From: Phallusia mammillata
Taxonomy: Eukaryota
NCBI GenBank assembly: GCA_965637545.1
Contig: OZ281494.1
Coordinates: 17,360,001-17,424,000, forward strand
Length of the DNA: 64,000 nt
Direction of reading: 5' to 3'
Part shown: positions 11,818-26,519 of the stretch, in pieces
Position numbering within the stretch: the first letter of the stretch is position 1
Layout: the number at the start of each line of letters is the position of its first letter
Notes under the pieces: generated by a model
Told to the model about the DNA's origin: nothing
Seen by the model: only the letters and a program-made list of their open reading frames with translations
Database searches by the model: none
Program-made: the position numbers and the translations under genes

Positions 11818-13959
11818 TCCGTTTTCAGAGTGCAAATTTGTCAGACTAAAAGAAACTATGAAAAACACACACATTAAAATTCACTGTGCAGTATATAGTG
11901 TCTGCCCCGTGCAATGTTACACACTGTCTGTAAATCTTTGTTCAAACGATTGTGTAAAACATTTCAAAATATTTGCAGTACAAACGTCTATCTGACAGTC
12001 AGGCTTCATCCTAAGTGCGCTAAAGTTATAAAAAAAAACTATTTAGCCCTGCCAGTAGGCTACCTAGCCTACATAAGCTTAAAGTAAACCTTGTGCTAAG
12101 TAGGATTTGTTACTTTTCCAGTGTAGGATGCAACACATTATCTATTTCGGTGGACATTTTTGCATGAATTGAGGTTTGTACCGCAAAAGCGATTTTTTTG
12201 CTTTAGTAGCCTATACCACAAAACTACCGCCTCGAGCCAAACCGTAATTAAGGCGTTTGCAATTTTAAAAATGTTAAAGATATTCGCAGCATTGAACTTT
12301 GCTGCATGGTTTAGTAACACACTTTGGTTTTGGAAAACACTTTGAACAAGTACTAAGTGCACGGCGGAACGTGTTGACAGGTGACACTGCAGATACTTTG
12401 CCCAACTCTATCGATTAGGCCTAGGCTACTCTGAATTCTTGTTCAAGCGAACTAATGCAAAGAAACAATACCATGTTTAGCTTAATTAGCAGTGATGTAG
12501 GCTAAATAACTTCTTTTACCCATACAGCAACCATTGCAATGATCACGGCATGAAAAGGCTATCTAACTGGGTGTAGGCTAAACAAGTAGCTAGCCAAGAC
12601 TATCATCACACTTGGGAGCTGTTTAACGATAGCCGATGCTCTGCTGACACTGCTGTTTGTCTGCGTCTGTGTAATCTAACATTCCTTCGGGACAAACGAA
12701 TTAGAAGTACCAACAGTATCTTTTTCTCAGATTTAACCCCCATCAGACCTCGTAAAATGGGGTTAATGATTAAACCCTCCTGCTTTGGTATGTTTTTTTT
12801 TATTTCAGTTGAGGCAACTACGGAAAATTATACACAAACTCAGTTTAAAGTTGATCGGCCTATGTTTTCACGCTGATTGCCAATCTCGATTTGTAACTTC
12901 TGACTTTTACAGTCCGAGGAGCAAAACTTATGCATTCCAATCAGTTTGCAACGAGTTTTTTGATAAAACTTTGGATAACTTTTACCCTTAAGCATTAGCG
13001 ACATATACATGTAACTGACATGAAAACTTACTGCCAGTGCAACGTATTTAAAATTTTATTTCCCTTAAAATCACAATCAGCATCAGCTTGATGAAGTTAA
13101 AAAAGCAATTTAGTTACGAAATCTATTGTCTTAAGTTTTTGGTCCCCAACGTAACCAGTATTCACACATTAAATAGAAGAATTGGTGAGATCAAAAAATA
13201 ATTTTTAGGTTTTTCCCCAGTTGGTAGAAATAATTCGGACGTTAAACATGAGCGTATAAAGCGGGAGTTTTTTCTCAAAATAAGTTGTGCAAAAAAAGTC
13301 ACAACGATTAGTACAAAAGTATTAATTTGAATGTTTTTCGAGGTCTTGAAACTATTTTTAGGAACTATTTAACAGTATGACACGTTACCACAGAGTTGCA
13401 GTTTGAGATTAAAATAAAATTTGAAACATTCGAACAAATTAGTGGTTGTAACTTGTAAGATGCTGTTTCGCATTTCAAGTTTATTTGTTTTCTTGTTCCT
13501 CTTGTGGTTGTCAACAATCAAGTTTTAGTTCAGGATTTGGCTTGGCTCCAGCCGCCAGGATTAGCAGGTTTAGCATAAATCCAATTGGATTGAGTTGGAG
13601 ATAAAAAGTTGTGAAAACGAACTCTCTAGTTTTACAAAATTTCGAGCATTTTTTGAATTAACGTCGGGTTCGGGTAGCGAACAAATTGCGACGGAATATA
13701 ATTTGGTTTTGGATCAAAGTAATAAAATGCGTGTAAATATAAATACTTGTGTCTGCTATGCATTGATGGTGATAAAATAATCCACACAGTTTTACTGTAA
13801 AGTTACTGTTTTGTTTGTTTCCTTGAATTTAAGTTGCATTTTGTAATTTTTATCAAAAAACTATTTTCTTATGTGTGATTTTGTTCTGTTGCACAACAAC
13901 TACAAAATACTTTATTGGATGCAGCTAAGTGGCTTACTTGTTGGAGGGCCCATTAGACT

Positions 13960-16900
13960 ATGGAATCAAGGCATAAAAAGAAACGAAGATCATCGGTACA
14001 GCATTCTTTCATAAATTACAGCATTCACTTGACCAAGACCATGTTTTTGTTATAATGTTTGTCTGTAATAGTTCTTGTTCTGATTGCTGCATCTTAAGCC
14101 TTTGTTTTCACAGATATTAAAAAGTCGGAAATCTCTAGCTGATGTTGACTCTAATGCTGTTGACATAAGCATGGTGAGCTTAAATTAAACCTCTTTTCTT
14201 AAATTAAACCCAACTCTGTGACAGGAAGTGTGGTGCTTATACTAGAAACCCGATTTCTCCAGACCCTCTCAATCCTGTTTGGTTCCAGTTTGCCTGAACA
14301 ATTTTACTGTTCTAAAATGTATATTTTTGTTGCACAAGATGCATGCACCACTTAAATTAGAGCCATTGTGCTGACCTAAGTTTAAATATATATAAATGAT
14401 TTAGTCCCCCAAAATAAAAAGGAAATCAAACAACCACCTGACAGGGCTGCAATAAAATCTTTTGAACTTTACACATTCTCATTACAAAACCTACTAAAGA
14501 TGAATTTTGAGACACAATTACATCATAAAATGTTCCCATGTTTTCTCAAAAAAGATTTTTCCTAAATCAGTAAAAAACCTTACTTATACCACCCACCTGG
14601 ACTTTGAGGTAAACATGTGCTACAACATTTTCGGCAGCAACATAACAACTACAACTTTTTTATTGAGTATTAATTTCAAATCCTTATAAATGGTGCAGTA
14701 TTTATTTGTGTTTAATTTTTTACAGACTGAAGAAGACCGAAAAGGTTTAAAGCGTAGAGTGAGCTTTGCCAACACCTACCAAGTCAAGTAAGTTATTACC
14801 TGACAACCAATGTTTAAATGTCATGTAAAAATGTTGTTTTTAACTTCAAAAGGTTTAAATTATCTATCAAGCATTAACTCACTGCCTGCAATGATAAATT
14901 AGGGATAAAAAAATTACTATATTGTAGAAATGTTTTTACAATTTCGATACATTTGTTTTTTATCTGTATTTTTGATGTTATGTTCCTTTTGTAATAGTTA
15001 TTTCTTGTTCATTTTAGGGAAATTTCTAGGGTTGCTGATATAGCTGAGAAGTGGCCTGATCCAACCTCCCATGTTGGTAAGGAAAAACAACAACAACCTT
15101 ATAACATATATAATATACATTATACATTATACTGTTACTGACATGATTTCATTGTTTACAAGATACAACCAACATTAGTGATGCATCAAAGCTAAGTTGC
15201 GCTGTTCCCACCAAGAAACCGTCTGGAGAACCAGATGCAAGCAGTCTGTCATCACTTCTTCTGGCACCATTAGTGCAGCAAACATGTCCAGCGTCAAGCT
15301 CAAATGCAGTATGCCATTTTAGCACTAAGTTTTAGTAATAAAACTTGCTTGTTGATTGTTACACAACATGTCCTGATGACTCCTGAACATTATCAAAACT
15401 AAATAAGTTGTTCCTCAATATCTTAAGCTTTTTTGTTGCAGCTAAATGAAACAACTGGATCAAACACGGATTTGACTATGGTGACTTCTACTGCATTGAG
15501 CCATCCACAATCCATGATTTCAGATTCAAGTGACATAAATTCTGCATCTGGAAAGGAAGTTCCTTTTAATGGCGACTCTATGATATCCTTACAACAACCA
15601 CCTGTAGTGCCAACATATATGGTAAAAGAAGAAATTAATGAGGAAGAGCCTGGCTTTCCATTGAATTACATGAATGAAGATGATGATGATGGCATTACAG
15701 AGACCTTCGATAATGCCCCACTACCTGCATTTTTGCACACAACTACTCAAGGAGGCTCAAACAACAGAGCTGCTACAATGCCACTTTTATCACAGTCCAG
15801 TCCTTTGAAAGTTTGTGAAAGTGAAGGATACAGCACCTTGCACTCGAGCATTGGTTTGACAGATAGTATGCCAAACAAATCACTTCCTCCACTGACAGCA
15901 AGGCATACTGGTGCTCAAACACCTGTCAACAATTCAGTTTTGTCAACATTCATGTTGCAAAGCAGTAATGAAGACCAGGAACTAAACAACACAGTTTTTC
16001 TTGATGAAACTGTGGATTTGACAAGACAAATTCCCTCAACATCTAGTCTACTGGCAAATAATGATCACTCATTTGCAGGACCTTCATGGTTACAGGAAGC
16101 AAAAGGATTAAATCGATCACTGAGAAGTGGGTTAAAACAGAGCATAGAAAATGAAACTGGTGATTACAATTGTGAAAATATGGAGATTACCTGTAAAATC
16201 ACATCAGTAATACAGCAACATGTGACAACACCTTCTGATACATGTTCAGAAAAAATATCTGATTCTCACACTGCTGTGCTTAAAAGTGGTTTGACCCAAT
16301 CCCGTACCTCAGTATGTACTGACAAAAATGACATGGAGTTTACTTGTGTAATCACGAAGTCAGGCACAAACATTGCAGGTGATTCTTTGGATCCAGATGA
16401 TAACCCACCACTTCTGTCATCAAATGCATTTAGTGAAAATGCTGCTGCTACAAATGATTCTATGGAATTTACCATGACACAGTCCACATTTCCAGACACT
16501 CATCCAAATGCAGGCAATGAAATAGCCAAGTTTCTGGCACTTGATCCAAAAGAGGGTGAATCAAGCATTGTAGAGTTATCACCAGAAAACAGGGTAATCG
16601 CAACTGATACACTATATGTAAGCAGCCAAAAAAGTAGAGATGCTACTGTGGACAATAATGAGAAAAGCGACACAGACACAATGGGCTCCTCAGGTAATGG
16701 TGCAGACCAGGAAGTGTCAACGCATTTCAGGAAGCTGTCCAAGGCAAGAAATTCAATGGGATTGTATAAGCGCAACATAATACAGTCGTCTCAGAATTTC
16801 GGCAGGACTTTAGATACAAGTCATTTTAACCAAAACAATGACAATGAAAGTTTTAACCTTTCAGCTTCTGCTAGTTCCAGTCCACCGTTTTACCACTCCC

Positions 16901-19900
16901 CAAAGGAACATGAACTTGTGTCACTACAATCACCAGAGAAGTACACTGATAGAATGCTGTCGTCTAGCATGGTTGCTGAAGATGACATGAATGACTTGGT
17001 TGCATCTGAAGAAATTCTGACTGAGGAGTGCTATGATGAAGAGCAAGAGTGTTCTTCACATTCGATCTTGGAGTCCAAGAATGAGGAAAACATGTTTAAA
17101 TTTTCACCACTTGAAACTTGTGAAGACAAAAAATGTGAACTGTTTGAGAACAGTCCCGTTTATGGTTCAACATCAAAAGTGGAAAAAAGGTCCATATCTG
17201 AGTTAAATAAAGACAACCAAGATGAGGATCTTGATTCTGACATAAGTAAGAAGCTGTGTCTTGATATTTCTGATAATGTGGCTTCGGTGGAGGAGTGTGG
17301 CACGAGTGAAGAGCTTGAACCAACCACCAAGCCTAGAGAAAGGTTAGGATTTTTGGATTTAAAATTTTGTTTGGTTTATATTTTTAATGTAATAAAGCAT
17401 GTTTATAATTGGTCTTCATCTATAAACATGTGATACAAGTTTATTTTGTAGGTTGATTTTTGCCTAAACGCAAAATCAGTTGAATCAAAACATTGAAAAG
17501 AAGTTTGTCAAAGTTGTGAATAATTATGTTTTGCAAAATTGTCTACAGTGAATCCTCTTCGCAAGAAATATCCTCCACACAAGATGCATTGTTCATGCTC
17601 ACATCTATGACGGAACTACAAAAGGACTTAGTAAGTCACCCACAAATAGGGTTAGTTTATGACGTATGGCCATTGTAACATTGTGGTTACTTTTTTGCAG
17701 CCGGACAGTATTGGAATACAAGATTTTTTGCAAAACTACACTGACATACGCTTGGGTTCCTACATCAAGGTATATTGGTTTAAATTTCTCGGTGGTCATT
17801 GATAAATTTAGAAACTTCTATGTCCACTCATAATGTGCAATCACTGATCCAATACATTTGCATCTTTTTTTGCAGACAACTTGCAACAGACCTGTTAAAA
17901 TTCTTAAGGAACTTAAAAGTGTAATGTTTTGTTCTGGTTTTCAAAGGTTGTTTTTTCAGATGCAACTTTCTGTATGTCAGTTTTGTCTTGGTATTGAAGC
18001 CTTTGCAAAAATCAACAATTTAATGGTTATTTTGGAACAAATTTAGTTACCACTTAGTATCCCACGAGAACAGTCCATTGGTGAGTAAACAGCAAAATTT
18101 TGTTCATTAGAGAGACAAGCGACATCAAAGCTTAGTGCCTCACAAGAAACCAGAGACACTGGACGAGTTGGCAACGGCTGTTTTTGTTCATGCTCGAAGC
18201 ATTCCCATTTACACCCAATTTCTGAACTCGATGCAACAGAAAATGGAGAGGTTTGTGTTTAAGTTCAAATTGTTGCCAACAAAGGCCTGTTATATCTATT
18301 GACTGGAATTAAAAAAATATTTTTTCTGAGTTATTGGGAATTAAGCCCATGCATTAGTATCCCTCTCGAGTGAGATAAGCTTTGTCAAGAAATCCCAGTC
18401 AAGTACTCCTTTGGTGCAATATTTTGCATTTCAATTGATTTTTTCATTTTGCTACCAATTTCAACATCACATAGAAAAAAGCTTCTTTAAGTTTTCTAAC
18501 GCGTACTTCTGTTTGTGAGCACCACTAGCTTAAAAAGCCAACAAAACTTCTTTTATAGAAATAGAAAAGTTATGCTGTTTTATGTCAGTGATAAAAGATG
18601 TAGTACTGCTGGGATAATTTTAGCCTGAAGTTTATTTCTAATTGGTGTTCTGAGCTGTGCAAAAATTTTGAAATGCCCTTTTTCCCTTATTTGTGAAACA
18701 TAATCATGTGATTTAAAGAACTTATCTAAACAGATTTTCTTTTTTGTTTTGTTTAGTCTTTCAAAAGATGTGGAATTAATGGAGCAACAGATTCAGGCTA
18801 ACAACACTGAAGTTATGAGAAGCATTCGATTCGGATCAGAAGAAGAAAGTGAAGCTTTAAGGACTGAGGTGGAGAGTCTTGCATCGAGGTGTAAACAACT
18901 TGCCAAAGTAAGACAGAATAAAATAAAGTTCAAAAAATGACTATGCCTTCCTAAAACATTTAAAAAAACTTTAAACACCATTAAAACTAGTTTCTACATA
19001 CTATGTAAACAAAGTAAAAAAAATCGTACTGCCCTTTTTTTGGCACATGTTTAGTTGAATTTTAGAATATGAAATTTGTACTGTTGCTTTGAAACCCTTT
19101 ACTATTTTAGCTTCTGAAACTGTTTATAGCTACTTGGTTGTTGTCAAGGGTTTTCTAGTTTCTTAACATACTGTGTACTTTAATTTTTCTTTATATGACT
19201 TTACAGCTTAGACAACTGCTATTAAAGTTGTCGTAAATTTTTGTTGTATTATCCCAGGCTGAGTGGAAGCGTGACAAGGGAAAATTAAACAAGGCACTTG
19301 CCAATATAAAAGAAGAGACATACACCAACCATCTTGAACCCATTGTCAACCAGATAAACCAATATGGCAAAATTGAAGATTTAATGAGGACAGCTGTTGA
19401 AGATTTGGAAGCAGGTAACCCACTACAATGTGAAAAGACTTATGCAAATTCTAGTACTTATTTGATTATTGCCTATTTATCTACCTGACATCCGGATTAT
19501 CCTTTGCCAGATAAGCATCATTCTGTGCTGAAAATGTATATATTACAACAAATAAGTATTTGACTATTACTTTGGATAGTTTCGCTTTCAGCAAAAAAAA
19601 AAAAATTAAACCCTTTCCACGCTTATACTACTGCACAATTGCCTGGCAAGAGATGAACTTTTTTTAACGGTGTTTTTTTACGTAACGTTAAGACTTTTAT
19701 TTTCCTTTCACAAGCATAAAAACTAGCACTTGTTTTTTGTACTATCATGCAGTTTATGATGGTTTGAAAAATTGCAATTTGTTTTACTTTTTTCAGCCAA
19801 TTCAATTGCGGAACAAGAATTGCAAATCCACCATGAGAGAGGGGAACTCCCTACAGCAGACCAAATCGCATGTTTTCAGAAACAGGAAAAAGAGATAAAC

Positions 19901-22900
19901 GATCTCATGCAAAGTGAGTTGATGGCTTACTGCTTTTGATTTTACTGTCTGATGTTTGTTTCATGCTCTTGCATAGTGGATTAGACTTTTATGAAACTGA
20001 AGCCATACACTGTAACCTCTAACTAGAGATGTACCGAATATTCGGTTTACCGAATTTATTCGGCCGAATCGGTCATTTTTGCAAAGATTCGGTTTCGGCC
20101 GAATAATTTGTTGCGATTCGGCCGAAACCGAATCTTTTACGAACACAAATTTAAAGCGTTAAACGTGTCTTTTCTGATTATTAAGGTACCACGCAATTTT
20201 GCACAAACATAATTAAGCACAAACATAACGAAAATCGCGTCAATGTTGATCTTTTTCAACACATTATCGTTTTTCCCACTGTAATAAAAAATATTAATTC
20301 ATTGGCAGGTTGCCAATCATGCATGAGGCAATTTTAAACCCCATAGAACTGAAATGAGAACGAAACACAACTTTCCTGCACTAGTTGCTTGGTAGATAAA
20401 CATTTTTTCGTGTCAAACGCGTGACGTCATAAATGATTCGGTTGATTCGGTCGAATTTATTCGGCAAAACCACCGAATATTCGGTTTCGGCCGAATCGAA
20501 ATTTAGCCGATTCGGTACATCACTACCTCTAACCCCGTTGATGTGTTTCACATGCCCTCTACTAAGACATGGCACTTTTTAAAATGTCTATACAAACTTC
20601 ACTTTCGGTTCTTTTATATTTTGTTGGTTGGTGCATCACAAAGTAAATGAATACACTTCGAATTTTATTGTTACAATTTCAGCAATGGTGTTCCTGTTTG
20701 TTGTTTAAAAGTTTAGCCAGTTTAGTAATCTGCTTAGCAATTCCTGTTTCGTGCCAAATGTATTTTCTGTGTCACGGGTTATTATTTACCTTAAAGACTT
20801 TTATCCAACTTTCCCAAGCACAAACTCCCTGTGAGTGGAGTTACTCTTATCACTCATCTAACCCAACTCTGTACTGTCCATTGAACAGAAATCAAAACCG
20901 CTAAACAAGAAAAAGCTGATATTGAGAAAAGGAAAAAGGATTTAAAAGAGAAGTTGGATCGTCTGTGGGATTCAATTGATGAGCGGGTTCGAAGGGAGTC
21001 GACCTTGGGGGAAAGAAACAAAACAGCTAAAGAAGATATAAAACTTCATCAAAAGTAAGAAGTCACATGTATCTTCATTAACAGAGTTTGTACAGTTCCA
21101 GAAAGTCGTCGTCTTAGTTTTGTCCTACACTAAAAAGAACTTCATTGACAGTTTATGATAAAAGAACGTTAATCGGATTTAGTAATCCAACTGGCTTGCC
21201 GTCTATTGCTTTAGATTTCTTTCTCAACGTCGTTTAACCGATCAATTCCGAACAACATAACATTTTTATGTACCAACACGCACAAACATTAGCCCATAAT
21301 TGTGACAAACAATACTTCTGCGGGTTTTAAGGCAGGGTTCTGGCACAGTCGTGAAATGCGTTAAGCTCGGGGATGGAGTTTTTTTCTTATAAATCTGGGG
21401 AAACAGTAGATTTATTTCTTGTCCGCTTTCCTTCGAAGCTGTGGTTCTGAACCTGTGATACAACGGAACTTTAAGATGATACGCCGGGTAGCTTTCTGCT
21501 ATATCTAATTCAAGTCTGATCATGAACTGCAACTTAACTGACGCAACTAACTTAATAATTCCTAGTATTGCCCGAAACTCACGTGTTTGACATTCTTTTG
21601 GAATTGTTAACTGGTTTTAGAAATATGCTGTCCCAGTCAAGGAGAATACGTTAGCTCTTAGTTGTGCATGCATGCAATGTTTTGAAAGGGGGTTGTAGAA
21701 ATATTCACTTACGTTTATGTTAGTCTGTCAATTGTTATAATGGTCCTCACTATCAAAGAAAATGTGTTGAGATAACACAATATTGTTTTAGAATTTCGCA
21801 GTGGAAACTTACGGGGAAATACCAACACAAGGCCGAGTTTTCATTTCTCCGAAACAGTCTCCTCGTTCGAGCTTCTCACTCAACGAGTGACCCGAATAAG
21901 GTTGAAAAATACGAAATATTGGAGAACCTAGCAGGTGAATAAGTAGCTCATCCCTCCCAATTTTTCCGACCCCGATACATAACACGTCAAAATGATACCA
22001 CGTTACTCGTTTTATCCACCAACTGAATAACCCAATTGTAAAAAAATCAGGGAAAATAGTTTTTTTGCTTTATCTTATAGTTGTTTATGGAATAAAAGGC
22101 TGTGGCTTGTGGTTCTCGAAGCCAAATCTAGTGTCAGTTTTATGGCAATCACCTTTCATAAAACGAATACTTTCTTGAACGAAATACCACTGTAATTTCT
22201 GGCAATATTTTGCGTACTTTTTTGCTTTAATAAAATGACGATGTGTTTATTCAATCGTCTTGACGCTGTTAGTATGTTGCATGGTAATGTTTTGGCACAT
22301 AAGAGTAAAAGTGATAGTAGTTATTGAAATCTGCATTTTGTACTTTGAATCTATTGTTTCTGCGTGGCCCAGTAAAATACCCCATCACGCCGATGTGGAC
22401 AAAGAGCTTGTCGTGACTCCCGACTTACTACTGAGGAAAACATTTTAACCGCCCCAATCGTGGTTTGCTTTGAAAAAAAGTATCGTCTGATTTTGACAAT
22501 GTATACATTGCGCAATAATATCAAATAACGGGGATATGTTTTACATAAACAGGTGCAAGATTGTCACGCAGACAGAAAACAAACTACAGGTTTGTGATAT
22601 CGCTGATGATGCGCATCGTCACTCCCACTGTGCTACTGGATAAAGGCCCTAATAAAACTGATGTTACCAGAGTAAGTATCAATTAAAGTACTTAAACTCG
22701 CAACACATTTTTTATTGTTGAAAAAGCACAGCGTATTTTGGTGGTTTTCACCAGAAAAGGATTTGGCTGCCTTAAAATTCATTATTACTTACATATTTTA
22801 TTTTTGTCCAGTTACACATACAAACAAAAAACACCATATAAAAAGGACTTAACATAACTTCACTTTACAGGCAATTAACTTTGTGTCAATCCATGCGGTG

Positions 22901-23854
22901 AAAGCAAAACGCTTGCTGAAGCAAATAGATCAGGTGCAGTCAATGTATGGCAACGTCGGTTTAATGTTCAACGAAAATTCAATCGTGGCTGATTTTGACG
23001 GCGACCAACCGAACTTCTGCAGGTGGGTCAGCGTGTTAATTCTGCCCTGAACTAAATATGTTTGACCTCACTGTATGGGTGGAGCTATATACATAAGAAC
23101 TCACATCGGACAACTTTAGTATGTACCGATGGGTGGCGCAAAAGCATTGGTAATTATTAGGGATGTGTCAAAACTGTAAATGTGCTGTTCGGTCGAGCAC
23201 CGAGCATCAAAAACAGCGATGCTCGGTACCGAGTACTCGGGTTCTGGCTCGGCTCGGCCCATCCCTAGTCCTAATTGTGGTGACTCAAACGAAAATGTGA
23301 ATACAAACACAATGAACCAACTTTGTTGCTATGTTACGCCGTTAGCAGTTAACATGAGGTGAAAACCTATTTTTACAAGTCGAATATGTGTTTCTTATCA
23401 GTTTCCAAGTTGAATTCGTGTTCGCGAACAGTGATGCAACTGCCTCGTTTCATCCAATCAGTTTTCACTTCCATGATTCTCCATCCTGGTTTGGCAAATT
23501 GGAGTAAGTTTTGGGGATAATAGGCCTATTTTAAAGTGAGACCCAAATTTGTACCCAACTGTGTGTAACATATGACGAAGACGTGTTTTTTTGACAATAA
23601 TATAAAAGCAAGTCATTTTGGAAAGTAGGTGAAATAATGTGACCTACAACACTGATGGTAAATATTTAAATAACAATTCAAGGAATATGAAAAAGCTCAA
23701 TAGCGTCTCAATGATTTTGATCACAACACATACAATATAATTGTTTAGTCGCCAGGCAATCGATCAAGCGCTCAACGACGTGCCGCCTACATCAGTACAT
23801 TACTTCAGTGAGCTGGTCAATGCTGTACTAAATATCATCAGGAACAAGGGCTAG
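13960..23854 (+). CDS. KNL1: Kinetochore scaffold KNL1 (CASC5/Spc105)
   Basis: Spliced N-terminus MESRHKKKRRSS|ILK gives the SILK motif, and KRRVSFANT gives RVSF. A large exon (~15442-17342) has MELT-like repeats (MEIT, MEFT, MEFT). Coiled-coil and RWD-like exons follow and end ...NIIRNKG* at 23854. A few middle exon boundaries are uncertain. Confidence 0.88.
20024..20525. mobile_element. hAT (Ac-type) MITE in a KNL1 intron
   Basis: TIR TAGAGATGTACCGAAT / ATTCGGTACATCACTA, 8-bp TSD CCTCTAAC on both sides, many subterminal ATTCGG/CCGAAT repeats. Confidence 0.9.
23158..23267. mobile_element. Internally deleted 110-bp copy of the TAGGGATG MITE family
   Basis: TIR TAGGGATG / CATCCCTA; ends match the copies at 28117 and 29684. 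TSD is poor (GTAATTAT vs GTCCTAAT). Confidence 0.8.
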
Positions 23855-24055
23855 AAAAAATAACGTTCTGTAGCAAATCCTATGTCAACGAGTCAACTGC
23901 TTTCGATGATCCCGCCAAGGGGTTGATCCTGCGGATGTCTAATGGGGTGCATGTGCAAATCATCTTCCCTTCTGGCCAACAGTGTTCCAAAATCATATAC
24001 TGAACTAAAGCGTGGCGATGCAGGGCTGGTATTTGTATTTTTACGCTTTCTCGTT

Positions 24056-25870
24056 CTATTTACCGTTCGGATGCCTTGCCAAAGTTTTATTCACATATTT
24101 GTTTGTTTTTTTTTTGTCCATTTTTGTTGTTTTTTTTTGCACTACAGAAAAACGCGTTATGTGTTTACGTGCTGAAGAAATATATAACAATTCATTTTTC
24201 CCCAAACATGTACATTATACTCGGCCCTCGTTAACAAAGTGAAAAAACACCGTAGTAGCTTTACCCTTTTCACCATGATAACATGATGATAGCAGTTGCT
24301 CAATGTGATGGTCCCAAATGTTCCTGAGTATAGAACAGTGCTCTTCAACCGGTGTGCACGGTGCACCAAAATATGCATGGGGTGCACCAGTACGAAAGGG
24401 TATACAAGGGTGCATCACAAACTTTTAATGAACCATTAATCTTTGACCATCAGGATAATAGGGTGTAGGTTTTAATTGATATATAAATGAACCTTTTCTT
24501 TTTTTAAAATGTTGATGTCTAACACTTTCAGTGCAGTCGAGGAATATCTACTTCAAAAGACGCTTTGCGCACAGTGCAGATTCACATTAATTAACGGCAA
24601 AAGTTTTTGATCAAAAATGTTTACGTCAAAAGTTTTGATTTTAAGGAAACATGGCGCATAAGTTTATCACAACAACTTTAAGGGTTCGCCAGACCAAAAA
24701 AGGTTGAAGAGCACTGGTATAGAAATACATTTGTCACTTGTTTACGTATGAATGGCATATCAATGTAGAAATCTATAATGAAACGAAGTTTAGTGTACCA
24801 AAAACTTGATTCTGCCCAATAAGTATTTTTTTTATTAATGTGAAGCAATGTACCTTAGCGCTGCTATTTTTACTTATGATTTAGGCCAAACAAAAGGCAA
24901 CGTTTAGGTTTTGTGATTACGTTTTACATATAGTTCTGTAAAGTCCCCACCACGTATGTTTGCACCCACACAATCCTAGCACGTTTTCAACATCGTTAGT
25001 GTGTCGCAGGTTGCATGGATGGCATGTATGCTTCTATTTATGTATTTTAGTGAAAGAATTTTGCACCTACCTTTGAAATGCTAAATCAGCAAGGTGTGTT
25101 TCTTTCCGTGTTTGAAATGCGAACGCCGTGTTTTGTTTAATAAAACACAAACGACATTTTCTGGTCTCGACGGCACAAGCTGTGAGTTACATTAGGAAAA
25201 TTATACTGTCAAACGGATGAGATTGCTGACATGTGCTATTATTTTTACTTACGGTAACAATGTAGATAAAAAGTTTTTTCTTTGCGGAACCTGTTAAAAC
25301 TGGCCAAAATTACTTTAGATTTATCTTTTAATTTGGTGTGCAAAACATTTCTTAAAAATAGTTTTTACAAATCCAGACCAATGTACAAAAAATGTATCTT
25401 AAATGTTTCACGACTTTGTCTGATGTGCAAACTTGACCAGAAGTCCAAAATGAAGTAAGTTTACTCAGAAAATCAACCCCGAACCAATTTAAATGTATCA
25501 ATTGAAAACCCACGTTTAGTGATACACAACTGCGTTTAAAAACATTTAGATTTTAATGACGATTGAGCAATTTGTGCAGCAACGAGTTTTCTTTCAAACG
25601 GCAAGACATACAATATTTGTGAAGCTTTATAAGCATTTTTGATCAACACCTATGTAGTACCGGAGGATTGTTCACACCATGTCTTCTCTGAGCATTTCAA
25701 GCAACTTTTGCTGGTTTGTTTCTGAATGTAATCAATTCAATCCAGCACCAAATCATCATCAATTAACCTTTTATTACTGTAGCAAAATTTTTGGCTGAAA
25801 CAAAGTGCTATCAACGCACAGGTTAGTCAACAAATTTGGTGCTCAAAAAACGAGTTACTGACGCGGGCAT
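24056..25870 (-). CDS. Candidate small spliced gene of unknown function
   Basis: Three exons with good GT-AG signals (25290-25253, 25179-25071, 24323-24265) keep a single open frame: FRKEKTFYLHCYPCAVETRKCRLCFIKQNTAFAFQTRKETHLADLAFQRNIWDHHIEQLLSSCYHGEK. A plausible Lys-rich last exon ends at TAG 24056. The start and first exons are uncertain and no family was recognised. Confidence 0.4.
24336..24716. mobile_element. hAT (Buster-type) MITE
   Basis: TIR CAGTGCTCTTCAACC / GGTTGAAGAGCACTG, perfect TSD GTATAGAA. Confidence 0.92.
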
Positions 25871-26519
25871 CCAGGAAGCATAACTTATTTCACTTCCGCG
25901 GTAAATCGGTGAAGACTTTCCGGCGAAAACCCGCGTCAAAACTCGTTTTCATGTACAAACATCAAAAAAGGCAAATAACTTCGCATAAGGAGTGGACATA
26001 GTTTTATCTACAAGTTGAAACACGAAAGAATTTAACCGGCAGGGCTTGCAATTACCGCAAGGTTCACAAAAACAATGAAACTCATCAAAATCAACACGAG
26101 TTGACAACATTCTTCCTAAATCGGGTAATAACATAAATATCACATTACGTAAAAAACTAAACGCTTCTAACAACGTGAAAGTGATAGTCAAAGTGGGGTG
26201 CACAAATGTCTTACGGATAACCAAGACAAAGCAAATATGTACAAAGTGGGTCAAGGCCAATGCGACCCAACGTGAAACAGATATAACTTGACATTTCATG
26301 TTTTCGAATTTGATGTGGACGCAAAAGATTCAAGGTAAACAAATCTCGTTATGCAGGGAATCAGTTGTCATTTTCAGTCGGTATAAACCCTTTGTGTATT
26401 ACCCTGCTGTTCTTGAATTGGATTTGGATAGCGAATAAAGGCAAACAAAAACGCGTTAGTTTCAGCAGTGCACCTACGAATTATCTTAAGGTAATTTGGC
26501 TTAAGTTACTAAAAGCACT

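Noticed and set aside
12138-12991. Short ORFs and splice-like signals in the AIFM2-KNL1 intergenic region
   Set aside because: I could not join them into a consistent open frame, and no family was recognised.
13420-13660. CCAAT plus CHR (TTTGAA) cell-cycle promoter upstream of KNL1
   Set aside because: These motifs are too frequent in AT-rich DNA, and the TSS is unknown.
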